Source: Desulfosarcina ovata subsp. ovata
Lineage (GTDB): Bacteria > Desulfobacterota > Desulfobacteria > Desulfobacterales > Desulfosarcinaceae
DNA length: 32,000 nucleotides
Reading direction: 5' to 3'
NCBI RefSeq assembly: GCF_009689005.1
Contig: NZ_AP021879.1
Location: 4,548,652 to 4,580,651, forward strand
The position numbers and the translations under genes were made by a program. The notes under the pieces are model-generated. The model did no database searches. It had not been told where the DNA came from and worked only from the letters and a program-made list of their open reading frames with translations. This document shows positions 19,973 through 28,270 of this stretch, in pieces (the first letter of the stretch is position 1; every line of letters starts with the position of its first letter).

Positions 19973-20396
19973 AAAAACGAAAATTAACGAGACCATGACC
20001 ATATCGGGACGTATCCAAAGCGGGGTCGGCAAAGGCTCCTTTTTCACATCGCTGGATTGGGTCGTTCAACAGTGTGAAGACAAACTGGGCTATGCACCGT
20101 TTCCAGGTACCCTCAACATACGGGTACGCGATGAAGACGTTCCCAAACTGCAGCACTTTTTGGCGAAAACGGACGCCGAACTCGTCCCTGAAGATCGTTC
20201 GTTTTGTGCCGCGCCGGTTAAGAAAGTGATGATCAAAGGCGTTCCGGCGGCGGTGGTCCTGCCGACCGAGGATGTCCGCATTCATGAAGATCGGATTCTC
20301 GAAATCATTTCACCGCACAGTTTCAAGCAATCTTTTGGCCTTCACGATGGCGACCAGATCAGTATCATCGGCAAAACCACAATTATAAAAAAGTGA
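19965..20396 (+). CDS. ribK: archaeal-type (CTP-dependent, DUF120) riboflavin kinase
   Basis: ISGRIQSGVGKGSFFTSLDWVVQQCEDKLGYAPFPGTLNIRV...ILEIISPHSFKQSFGLHDGDQISI follows the GxVxSGxGxGxxF...LGxxPFxGTLN...IEIIxP...LxDGD pattern of MJ0056-type kinases. The proposed ATG overlaps the HAD stop codon (ATGCATAA). Confidence 0.8.
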   Translation: MHKKTKINETMTISGRIQSGVGKGSFFTSLDWVVQQCEDKLGYAPFPGTLNIRVRDEDVPKLQHFLAKTDAELVPEDRSFCAAPVKKVMIKGVPAAVVLPTEDVRIHEDRILEIISPHSFKQSFGLHDGDQISIIGKTTIIKK

Positions 20397-20403
20397 CGAA
20401 ATC

Positions 20404-20748
20404 ATGACCGTAAAAATTTACAATGAGATTTACGAATTTGCCGCATCCGCGGGTGCCCTGGAAGGCTACGTCTTCTTAAAAAAGGATCTGCAGGCGGATC
20501 ATCTCGACAATTGGATTCGGAATCTTGAGAATCAATATCGACTGCTTCCAGAGGAAGTCAGGCAATGTGTCCAGACATCCGTGGACCGGACATTGGGAAG
20601 GGCATGGCAATCGATTGCTGCGGTTCTTGGAGAGACGCACAGGCACGTACGGTCCCTGAAATCAATGACAGCGGGCAATCCGCCTGACTCTCCACAGGAT
20701 TTTGAGAAAGAGAAAAAAGAGAAAGCAGAAAAGTATTGCACCGGTTGA
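20404..20748 (+). CDS. hypothetical protein (114 aa, Lys/Glu-rich C-terminus)
   Basis: ORF begins 8 nt after the ribK stop on the same strand. I recognise no family. Confidence 0.45.
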   Translation: MTVKIYNEIYEFAASAGALEGYVFLKKDLQADHLDNWIRNLENQYRLLPEEVRQCVQTSVDRTLGRAWQSIAAVLGETHRHVRSLKSMTAGNPPDSPQDFEKEKKEKAEKYCTG

Positions 20749-20752
20749 TCCT

Positions 20753-21277
20753 TTATTCTCTGTGTTCCGGCTGAGCCATACTATATAAATCGATTTCGCT
20801 GCGGAACCCGAACTGGACGCTGTTGTCCAGGTAGTAAACGCACTGTGGCGTGAAGCAGTACAGCTTTACTCGAAAGCGCTTGCTGAAACCAACCAGATCA
20901 ATCACCTGCCCGTCCTCGAAAAAATCACTGGTAAACGGGAACTTGCCGATATAGGCGCGTACGGCCTGAAGCGCCCGGAACCCCGGTCGTACCGGTGATA
21001 CCTGCCCGGACATTTGAATCCCGCGAATGCCCTGCCACGTCTCGGCATACGGATAGATGGCAGCGGCCACCGAATCATTCGCCAGTGCCTCCTGAACATG
21101 TTGCGATTCCGGTTTGGAAAAGAAATAAAAGGCCGCTTTCTGCCGCACATAATAGACCGGTGCCGCCCAGGCCCGGTTGTTTGCTGACGTTGCCAGGGTC
21201 ATCGTGGACTGCTGGTCAATCAATTCAAGCGCGGCGGTCTTGTGTCTCGACATGGGCGCGTCCAATGGTTTGCTCAT
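20753..21277 (-). CDS. pyridoxamine 5'-phosphate oxidase-like FMN-binding split-barrel protein
   Basis: STMTLATSANNRAWAAPVYYV...FYFFSKPESQHVQ...IRGIQMSG is the PNPOx-family pattern. Start set at the ATG at 21277 after GGAG; the track start 21304 is TTG. Confidence 0.65.
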   Translation of the reverse strand: MSKPLDAPMSRHKTAALELIDQQSTMTLATSANNRAWAAPVYYVRQKAAFYFFSKPESQHVQEALANDSVAAAIYPYAETWQGIRGIQMSGQVSPVRPGFRALQAVRAYIGKFPFTSDFFEDGQVIDLVGFSKRFRVKLYCFTPQCVYYLDNSVQFGFRSEIDLYSMAQPEHRE

Positions 21278-21300
21278 CTCTGGTCTCCATAGCTTCGGTG

Positions 21301-21705
21301 TCAATGATCAGCGTCATCTCCGCCTTTGGATTTGAGCAGGGCTTCCAGGGCGGCAAAGGGTTTATGGGAAAAATCCGAATCCGCCGATTTTTCTTTTGAT
21401 GGGGAATGATTGTCGTAGGACTCGGCCACTTCCAGGCGGCCATGCTCGTTATCATGGCAATAGATGCATAAAAGTTCCCAGTTGCTGCCATCGGGCGGAT
21501 TGTTGTCGTGGTTATGATCCCGGTGGTGGACGGTCAGCTCCCGCAGTTGCTTGCCACTGAATTCCCGACCACAGCGACCACAGACATGCGGATACATCTT
21601 GAGCGCTTTTTCGCGGTAGGTTTTTTCCCGATCCTGCATATGGCGACGGGCATCGGCCACGACCTGGGAAAGTCGATTCGAATCGTTGGTTTTGTTTTTC
21701 GGCAT
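21301..21705 (-). CDS. yajD: YajD-family HNH nuclease-fold protein
   Basis: YREKALKMYPHVCGRCGREFSGKQLRELTVHHRDHNHDNNPPDGSNWELLCIYCHDNEH is near-collinear with E. coli YajD as I recall it. Confidence 0.85.
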   Translation of the reverse strand: MPKNKTNDSNRLSQVVADARRHMQDREKTYREKALKMYPHVCGRCGREFSGKQLRELTVHHRDHNHDNNPPDGSNWELLCIYCHDNEHGRLEVAESYDNHSPSKEKSADSDFSHKPFAALEALLKSKGGDDADH

Positions 21706-21972
21706 CTTTCTGACTCCATGGAATTTGAACGTTGATGGATGGCACCATTTGAAAATTTCCCACCTCGGCGTTTACTGTTCATACCATCCCCACCGCCCCT
21801 GAACAAGCCGTCTCTCGATGCTGCGAGCATCGGTGTCAACGCCCCACAACATGCGCTGCTCAATGAATTTATAGTGGCTTCGGCATGGAGCAGTCTCGAC
21901 GGCTATGCCCGGCAGGCGCGTCAGGGCCTGTGTTCAGTTTCGTTGATGGGCGGGCCGGAAAAAACGGTGTAC

Positions 21973-22005
21973 AAAAAAAGCGGGACGCACCCAAGTGCAT
22001 CCCGC
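21973..22005 (-). terminator. rho-independent terminator of sat
   Basis: GCGGGACGCAC-ccaa-GTGCATCCCGC forms an 11-bp stem with one mismatch. The A7 run on the plus strand is a U7 tract on the minus-strand transcript. Confidence 0.6.
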
Positions 22006-22043
22006 TTTGTGGTTTTTCTTGTAAAGTCGGCAGTGACTGGCGA

Positions 22044-23315
22044 TTAGTCGCCGGTAGCGGCCTTGTGGGTCTTGATTTCAACCTTTTCGGTAAGACCTTC
22101 GTAGTACTCGCGCAGGATGGCGACAACTTCATCACGACCAAAGTGATCGGGCAGATCGCCGCCCTCGGACAGCATCTTGCGCAGCATGGTGCCGGAGAGC
22201 AGCACGCGGTCTTCCTTGGCGTGGGGGCAGGTTCTCAGGGAAGCCATGCCGTCACACTTGTAGCAGTAGAAGGTCCAGTCGATCTTCAGCGGCGTACAAA
22301 GCAGGCCTTTTCCACCCTCGGGGGTCGGAATCTTGTCGAAGATGGTCTGTGCTTCGAACATGCCATAGAAGTCACCCACGCCGGCATGGTCACGGCCGAT
22401 GATCATTTTGGAGCAGCCATAGTTCTGGCGGAAAGCGGCGTGCAGGAGGCCTTCACGGGGACCGGCATAGCGCATATCCAGAGGATAGCCGCCCTGAATA
22501 ACGTTCTGCTCGACAAAGTAGTTTTTCACCAGGGCGTCGATGCATTTTACGCGGACTTCGGCCGGAATGTCACCCGGTTTCAGGTTGCCGACCAGGGAGT
22601 GGATGTAAACGCCGTCGCACACTTCCACGGCGATCTTGCACAGGTACTCATGGGAGCGATGCATGGGGTTGCGCAACTGCAGGGCGGCCACTTCACTCCA
22701 ACCACGATCCTCGAACAGCTTGCGGGATTCGGACGGACGATGGTAGACACCGGCGTATTTGGTCGGGTATTCGCCTTCGCTGAGGACCTTGACCGGGCCG
22801 GCCAGGTTGATCGGTTTCTGGCTCATGACCATCTGGACGCCGGGATGATCTTCCTTGGCGATTTTCCAGAATTCCTCGGCCGTCGGGGTGCCTTCGCCCA
22901 TGAAGACTTTTTCGCATTCCCAGGTCTTGTCGGCATCGGTCATCTCGAATTTTTCGGTGACTGTCATGGTGGCCATGATCTCTTTGCTTTCGGGATCGAC
23001 CAGGGCGATTTCGTCACCATCGGCGATGCCGTCAGCATCTTCCTTGGTTACGTCGAGGCACACCGGCACGGGCCAGAAGGTACCGTCGGCCATCAGGAAG
23101 TTTTCGCAAACGCCTTTCCAGTCCGCTTTGGTCATGAAGCCGGTGATGGGGCTGAAACCGCCGATACCGATCATGATCAGGTCGCCTTTGACCCGCGGGG
23201 AGATCTCGACCTGCTTCAGGCCGGCAGCCTTCTTCAGTTCGGCTTCCCTTTCGGCGCCTTCGAGCAGACAGATGGTCAGACCTTTGCCTCCATGGGGGGG
23301 GATGAGTGTGGACAT
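22044..23315 (-). CDS. sat: sulfate adenylyltransferase (ATP sulfurylase), dissimilatory type
   Basis: 423 aa. [13 protein letters not shown]..., [14 protein letters not shown] and [14 protein letters not shown] are the HxxH / GRD signature blocks. Confidence 0.95.
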   Translation of the reverse strand: MSTLIPPHGGKGLTICLLEGAEREAELKKAAGLKQVEISPRVKGDLIMIGIGGFSPITGFMTKADWKGVCENFLMADGTFWPVPVCLDVTKEDADGIADGDEIALVDPESKEIMATMTVTEKFEMTDADKTWECEKVFMGEGTPTAEEFWKIAKEDHPGVQMVMSQKPINLAGPVKVLSEGEYPTKYAGVYHRPSESRKLFEDRGWSEVAALQLRNPMHRSHEYLCKIAVEVCDGVYIHSLVGNLKPGDIPAEVRVKCIDALVKNYFVEQNVIQGGYPLDMRYAGPREGLLHAAFRQNYGCSKMIIGRDHAGVGDFYGMFEAQTIFDKIPTPEGGKGLLCTPLKIDWTFYCYKCDGMASLRTCPHAKEDRVLLSGTMLRKMLSEGGDLPDHFGRDEVVAILREYYEGLTEKVEIKTHKAATGD

Positions 23316-23513
23316 GTGTTCTCTCTCCTTTCAATTTTTAGATTTTCACAATCTGTAAGCACAGATGAATAGCCGGGAAGGAATGAAAATATCAAGTAGA
23401 TGTAACTATTCGGGAACGGTATATTTGTCAAGAACATTCATAACGGCGCCGATTGATGGCTGAAATAAATAATTCGATAACAAACAAAAAGCCGAATTCG
23501 GTGCCAAACCTGG

Positions 23514-24311
23514 CTAAAGAATGCCGATCAGCATACGGGTGCCCACCACCAGCAGCAGGATGGCAAAGACCCGTTTGAGCCGATCGACGGGCAGGCTGTG
23601 GGCCAGGCGAACGCCCAAGGGGGCCGTCACGACACTCGTCAACACGATACCCACCAGTGCCGGCAAATAGACGTACCCCACGGAGTAGGTCGGCAGCTCG
23701 GCGGCGTTGAACCCATTGTAAACATAGCCGATCGTTCCGGCGATAGCGATCGGAAAGCCAATGGCGGCTGACGTGCCGATGGCATGGTGAACCGGCATGT
23801 TGCACCAGAGCATGAAAGGGACGGAGAGCGTGCCGCCGCCGATGCCCACCAGGCTCGACACGATCCCGATGACGTTGCCGACACCGAACATGGCGGCATG
23901 GCCCGGAATCTGCCGGGATGGTTTCGGTTTTTTGTTGGTTAGCATCTGTGTTGCCACATAATATAGGAAAATGACGAAGAACACTTTCAGAAAACGCGTG
24001 GAAAGCTGGGCGGCAATGCAACTCCCGATAAAGGTGCCGCTAAAGATGCCGATAACGATTTTGCGCACCACATTCCAGTGAACCGCACCCCGCTTGTGAT
24101 GGGCGCGAAAGCTGGAAACCGCCGTGAACATGATACTGGCCAGGGAGGTGCCCAGGGCCAGATGCATGATCACCGCGTCGGGAATTCCCTGGCGGACAAA
24201 ACAGAAAACCAACAGGGGAACGATTACCAGCCCGCCGCCGATACCGAGAAGTCCGGCCAGAATGCCGGCGACAGCGCCAACCAGGATGTACATCAACAAA
24301 ATTGTCGTCAT
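23514..24311 (-). CDS. TauE/SafE-family anion (sulfite/sulfonate-type) permease
   Basis: 265 aa polytopic membrane protein with duplicated GxxAGxLGxGGG blocks (GILAGLLGIGGGLVIVP and SLVGIGGGTLSVP). Confidence 0.85.
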   Translation of the reverse strand: MTTILLMYILVGAVAGILAGLLGIGGGLVIVPLLVFCFVRQGIPDAVIMHLALGTSLASIMFTAVSSFRAHHKRGAVHWNVVRKIVIGIFSGTFIGSCIAAQLSTRFLKVFFVIFLYYVATQMLTNKKPKPSRQIPGHAAMFGVGNVIGIVSSLVGIGGGTLSVPFMLWCNMPVHHAIGTSAAIGFPIAIAGTIGYVYNGFNAAELPTYSVGYVYLPALVGIVLTSVVTAPLGVRLAHSLPVDRLKRVFAILLLVVGTRMLIGIL

Positions 24312-24532
24312 GGAGTTACTCCGTGGTCAATGACGGGGACAGAGAGATGCGACGGGTAAATCGCAGAGTGCCGTTAGCATGTTTACCGGCTGTCCACAAG
24401 GTGTGATCGGATCTTTTCGAAAACAAAAGGATACAATTTTATAGTGCTGGCGTATGATTCGCATTGATAAAAAATCAGCGACGTGTTCACTAATTTTAAT
24501 TCGACGAATATGGTAACAGGAGAACAGCATCC

Positions 24533-26125
24533 ATGAGCGTTCACCCCTCCCCCCAAGCTCCCAACGATATAAAAAAGCGGCGTATCGGCGAGCAACTGCT
24601 CGACGACGGCCTTATCAATTCGGAACAGCTCCAGCAGGTGCTCAATCGGCAGGCCCAGGTCGGCGGAAAGTTGGGTTCCATCATGATCGAAATGGGCTTC
24701 GTGGAACTGGATGACTTGTTGGACCTGCTCAGTCGAAAGTTTGGTGTTCCAGGAGTGAACCTTTACCAACGCAACATTGGAAAAAATGTGCTTCACCTGC
24801 TGCCCATCGAGAAAATGGTTGCCAAGCGGGTTCTGCCTGTATCGCTGGATGGCCAGAACCTGGTCCTGGCGATGGTTAATCCGCAGGATTTTGCCACCAT
24901 TAGCGAACTTGAGTTTTCCCTGGGAAAAAAAATCAGGCCGGTGGTGATGCCGGCTTTCATGCTGGATAGCGCCATTCGCAGTGTCAGCGCTAACCCGGAC
25001 GGCGATCTGCAAGGGGCTGTGCTGGCAGAGCTGGTAGAAATGGAGAAGAGCGAAAAGTCTCCCCGATTGATGCCCCTTTTGCGTTACCTGAAAAAGACCG
25101 GCGCCAACGATATGATCTTCACGGTCGGTTCTCCGCCATCCATCAAGGTTGCCAACTCACTGAAACGAATGGCGATTCCTCCACTTACTCCCGAGGATTG
25201 CATCGGTTATGTTCGGGAAATGCTTTCCGATGAGGGCTGGCATGAATTTCAAAAGAAGACCGACCACGAATTCACGATCACTTCAAAGGAACTGGGGCGA
25301 TTCAGGGCGGCGCTTTATCGTCAGCGGAATTCCGTGGCCATCGCCTTAAGGCCGATTTTGGACGATATGCCGCCATTGTCCGAGTTGAACCTGCCGGAAT
25401 GGATCGCCAAATTCGCCCTGCGCTCCCAAGGGCTGATTCTGGTTTCCAGCCCGGCAGGCCATGGCAAGACCACCACGCTCTCCGCCTTGGTGGATATCAT
25501 CAACAGCCGTCGGGGGTGCAATATCATTACCATGGAAGATCCGGTGGAGTTTTTGCACAAACATAAAAAAAGCAATATCAGCCAGCGTGAAGTGGGCCGG
25601 GATGTGCCTTCCTTCGGTCAGGGTATGCGTCATATGCTGCGCCATTCACCGGACGTGATCGTTGTTGGCGAGATGCGTGACAGAGAAACCTTCCGGATCG
25701 CCCTGCAGGCGGCCAATTCAGGTCATCTGGTCCTTTCCACCGTTCATTCGGACAACTCCACTTCCATCATCGAGCGGGTCGTCAACATGTTTGAGCCCTT
25801 TGAACAGAATTTGATCCGCATGACTCTGGCGGAGTCCCTTTTAATCTCGATCGCTCAGCGACTGGTGACCCGCAAGGATGGCAATGGCCGGATGCTGGCC
25901 CTGGAATATTTTGTCAACAGCCACCGCATGAAAGGATTTATCCGCGAGGGCAAGACCCATCAGGTGAGAACCCAGATGCAGACCGGCAGCGACGATTTTT
26001 CCAGCATCGACATTTCCCTGGCCAAACTGGTCAAGCAGGGGCTGATCCGTGTTGAAGACGGGCTGACCCATTGTGAAGACGATTCGTTTTTTCGCAGTCT
26101 GGTCCAGCCGGCGGATAAGAATTGA
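24533..26125 (+). CDS. PilT/PilU-like secretion ATPase with N-terminal MshEN (T2SSE_N) domain
   Basis: N-terminus has RRIGEQLLDDGLINSEQLQQVLNRQ plus KLGSIMIEMGFVELDDLLDLLSRKFG. The core has Walker A SPAGHGKTTT, Asp box ITMEDPVEF, Walker B DVIVVGEMRD, His box GHLVLSTVHS, and FIREGKTHQV. An AGGAGA RBS precedes the start. Confidence 0.85.
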   Translation: MSVHPSPQAPNDIKKRRIGEQLLDDGLINSEQLQQVLNRQAQVGGKLGSIMIEMGFVELDDLLDLLSRKFGVPGVNLYQRNIGKNVLHLLPIEKMVAKRVLPVSLDGQNLVLAMVNPQDFATISELEFSLGKKIRPVVMPAFMLDSAIRSVSANPDGDLQGAVLAELVEMEKSEKSPRLMPLLRYLKKTGANDMIFTVGSPPSIKVANSLKRMAIPPLTPEDCIGYVREMLSDEGWHEFQKKTDHEFTITSKELGRFRAALYRQRNSVAIALRPILDDMPPLSELNLPEWIAKFALRSQGLILVSSPAGHGKTTTLSALVDIINSRRGCNIITMEDPVEFLHKHKKSNISQREVGRDVPSFGQGMRHMLRHSPDVIVVGEMRDRETFRIALQAANSGHLVLSTVHSDNSTSIIERVVNMFEPFEQNLIRMTLAESLLISIAQRLVTRKDGNGRMLALEYFVNSHRMKGFIREGKTHQVRTQMQTGSDDFSSIDISLAKLVKQGLIRVEDGLTHCEDDSFFRSLVQPADKN

Positions 26126-26158
26126 TAATAGATAGTTATTCTTTGTTGGGAGTCTTTT

Positions 26159-26992
26159 TCAGGGATTGGTTTTCGGCAGTGATAGATCCATGGGCAAGGG
26201 GGTCGGGGTGCCGATTGGATAGCCGCGTTGACGGATCAGGTTTTCCAGATGGTCGATGCGACGCCGGTTTTCCGGGTGTGAGGCAAAGTAATGGCCGAAG
26301 CGGCCCGGGTCGGCAGCCTTCGGAATTTTACGGAAGAAATCGGTGGCACCGGCGGTGTTTCCATAATGGCAGACGAGCGTCTCCAGGGCAAACGTGTCGG
26401 CGCGGATCTCCTGACTGCGTGAAAAATTAAGCTCGGTGAGGGTGACGCCCTGGCCGATCATATTGCTGATGCTGTTGTTTGCGCCCATCAGGACGGTCGA
26501 TGCGCTCATCAGCACCAGGGCCCGTCCGATGCCACGCAGGTGGTCCCGGTGGGCGTAATGCCCCAGTTCGTGAGCCAGAACAAAGATCAGTTCGTTCTCC
26601 GACTGCATTTCTGCCAGAAGGCCGCTGAACACGATGATGTGGCCACCGGGAAGGGCCGCCGCGTTGATCGCATCCGAGGGCTGCACGTGGATGGTGATGG
26701 TGTAGGGCAGGTTGGTGCACTGCTGCTGGATGCGGTCCACCAGGCCTTGCAGGTAGCGGCTGGTGTCGGATTCGTTTCCCGCTGCGTTGAAGCGCTGCAT
26801 GAAGGCGCCGGCCAGTTTTTTTTCCAGCTCCATGGAGATGCGTGGAACCAACAGGTCCACGGCGAGTCCCAGCACCAGGTAGACGACCACCGTCAGGGCC
26901 AGCAATCCGCCGGCCAGCACGGCAAACTCTTTCAGCGGATGGGTCGGGGATACGTTGACGTTGGTTCCGGGATGCCGCGGGGTGAATTTCAA
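26159..26992 (-). CDS. M48-family zinc metallopeptidase, N-terminal membrane anchor
   Basis: Contains HELGHYAHRDH (HExxH) and the downstream FSRSQEIRAD motif, with one N-terminal TM helix (FAVLAGGLLALTVVVYLVLGLAV). The TTG start directly abuts the upstream stop codon. Confidence 0.85.
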   Translation of the reverse strand: MKFTPRHPGTNVNVSPTHPLKEFAVLAGGLLALTVVVYLVLGLAVDLLVPRISMELEKKLAGAFMQRFNAAGNESDTSRYLQGLVDRIQQQCTNLPYTITIHVQPSDAINAAALPGGHIIVFSGLLAEMQSENELIFVLAHELGHYAHRDHLRGIGRALVLMSASTVLMGANNSISNMIGQGVTLTELNFSRSQEIRADTFALETLVCHYGNTAGATDFFRKIPKAADPGRFGHYFASHPENRRRIDHLENLIRQRGYPIGTPTPLPMDLSLPKTNP

Positions 26993-27442
26993 CTACTCCT
27001 CCACGGTCAGAGCCGTGCCGTAGGCCATAGCTTCCAGGCAACTGATGTTTTTCCGTTTGGACTGCTTGCCGATGGCGGCGGTTTCAATCCGCACATTGAC
27101 AATGATCGTGGCATCGCCGGCCATGGCTTTCATGCGCAACAGGGCCTCGCGCCGGGCGCGGTCCATCAAGCTTTCGTAGGATTTCACCTTTCCGCCGAAG
27201 ATGTTGCGCAACCCGGCCAGAATCCGCTTGAAATAATCCACGGAGATCACTGCGCTGCCACGCACCATGCGCGCCGAACGAATTTTGTTTTCGGCGATAT
27301 GGGCGGATTTCATTGTCACCGCCGGCAGGTTGAGAGTCGCCTGTTCCCTTGCGACGATGGAGCGATAGTGCCGTTTTTCTGCCCAGGTGCCGGCACCATA
27401 ACCCAGGGCCAAGAGTGTCAGGAAGACGATCAGGTCGATCAT
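26993..27442 (-). CDS. membrane-anchored YbjQ/UPF0145-domain protein
   Basis: N-terminal TM helix MIDLIVFLTLLALGYGAG, then ...MVRGSAVISVDYFKRILAGLRNIFGGKVKSYESLMDRARREALLRMKAMAGDATIIVNVRIET...AYGTA (YbjQ_1 pattern). A GGAGG RBS sits 6 nt upstream. Confidence 0.75.
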   Translation of the reverse strand: MIDLIVFLTLLALGYGAGTWAEKRHYRSIVAREQATLNLPAVTMKSAHIAENKIRSARMVRGSAVISVDYFKRILAGLRNIFGGKVKSYESLMDRARREALLRMKAMAGDATIIVNVRIETAAIGKQSKRKNISCLEAMAYGTALTVEE

Positions 27443-27451
27443 GTCAGCCTC

Positions 27452-28144
27452 CTATTTTACCGTTACGGCCGTTCCATAGGCATACAGTTCGGCGGCTCCC
27501 TGGGCCACCGACGAGGTGGAAAAGCGCACGTTGACAATCGCGTTGGCCCCCATCAGGCGGGCCTCCTCGATCATCCGCTGCATGGCCTCCTGGCGGGATT
27601 CCTGAAGCAACTGAGTGTATCCCTTGAGCTCGCCGCCCACCAGGTTTTTCAGGCTGGCCATGAAGTCCCGGCCGACATGTTTGGCCCGGATGGTGCTGCC
27701 GGAAACCAGGCCGAAATGCTCGGTGACGGTTTTACCGGGAACCGTTTCAATGTTCGTGATAATCATTTTTCCTCCATTGGATGTCGTGATATAGTGAACC
27801 TTAACGGCCGAAACGGGCGGTTGGGGGGGCTCCTCCGGGGGGGCGTCGCGAGCGGTGGGCGGTGCGGCCGCAGCCTCGTCGGGCGGGGTGGTGGACTCGG
27901 CGGCCAGCGGCGCTGTTTCGTTCCGAATCTCACAGAATGCGCCGGCTGTGGCAAATGCCTGCTTGTATTTTTCGGCGGTTTTCAGGTCTGTGTTTTTTCG
28001 TATGGCAACGGGACTGCCGGAAAAGAGCCGTTCAATTCCCTGGTCATCGGTTTTCAGGGCGGATTGCAAACGCTCCTTGACCATGTCCGCGTTTTTTCCA
28101 GGCATGATTCTGCCTTCAAAGACAACACTGTACCGATCACTCAT
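27452..28144 (-). CDS. YbjQ/UPF0145-domain protein with extra N-terminal ~75-aa domain and Pro/Ala-rich linker
   Basis: The C-terminal half reads FGLVSGSTIRAKHVGRDFMASLKNLVGGELKGYTQLLQESRQEAMQRMIEEARLMGANAIVNVRFSTSSV...AYGTAV, canonical YbjQ. The linker is PLAAESTTPPDEAAAAPPTARDAPPEEPPQPP. An AGGAGG RBS precedes the start. Confidence 0.75.
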   Translation of the reverse strand: MSDRYSVVFEGRIMPGKNADMVKERLQSALKTDDQGIERLFSGSPVAIRKNTDLKTAEKYKQAFATAGAFCEIRNETAPLAAESTTPPDEAAAAPPTARDAPPEEPPQPPVSAVKVHYITTSNGGKMIITNIETVPGKTVTEHFGLVSGSTIRAKHVGRDFMASLKNLVGGELKGYTQLLQESRQEAMQRMIEEARLMGANAIVNVRFSTSSVAQGAAELYAYGTAVTVK

Positions 28145-28270
28145 GGCAATTTGACTCCTCCTATGGGAAACCAGGGTTGGCCAGCGATGTGGGTGACCAT
28201 GTTACCATGCAACAGGATCCCACACGATTCAATAGACTAACGATCGATATCGGACACCGCCGATTATAAC

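Noticed and set aside
21885-23372. 495-aa plus-strand ORF
   Set aside because: It lies exactly antisense to sat, which has unmistakable ATP-sulfurylase motifs. The translation is Gly/Ala/His/Val-rich and low in complexity. It is a shadow ORF typical of GC-rich coding DNA.
23465-23510. Short palindrome CCGAATTCGG as a terminator for the TauE gene
   Set aside because: The stem is only 5 bp per arm with no loop or U-tract, and it contains an EcoRI-type palindrome likely to occur by chance.
26540-28240. 566-aa plus-strand ORF spanning three genes
   Set aside because: It is antisense to the M48 and both YbjQ genes, each of which has clear family signatures, an RBS and tight coupling. Its composition (G/H/R/Q-rich) is not protein-like.
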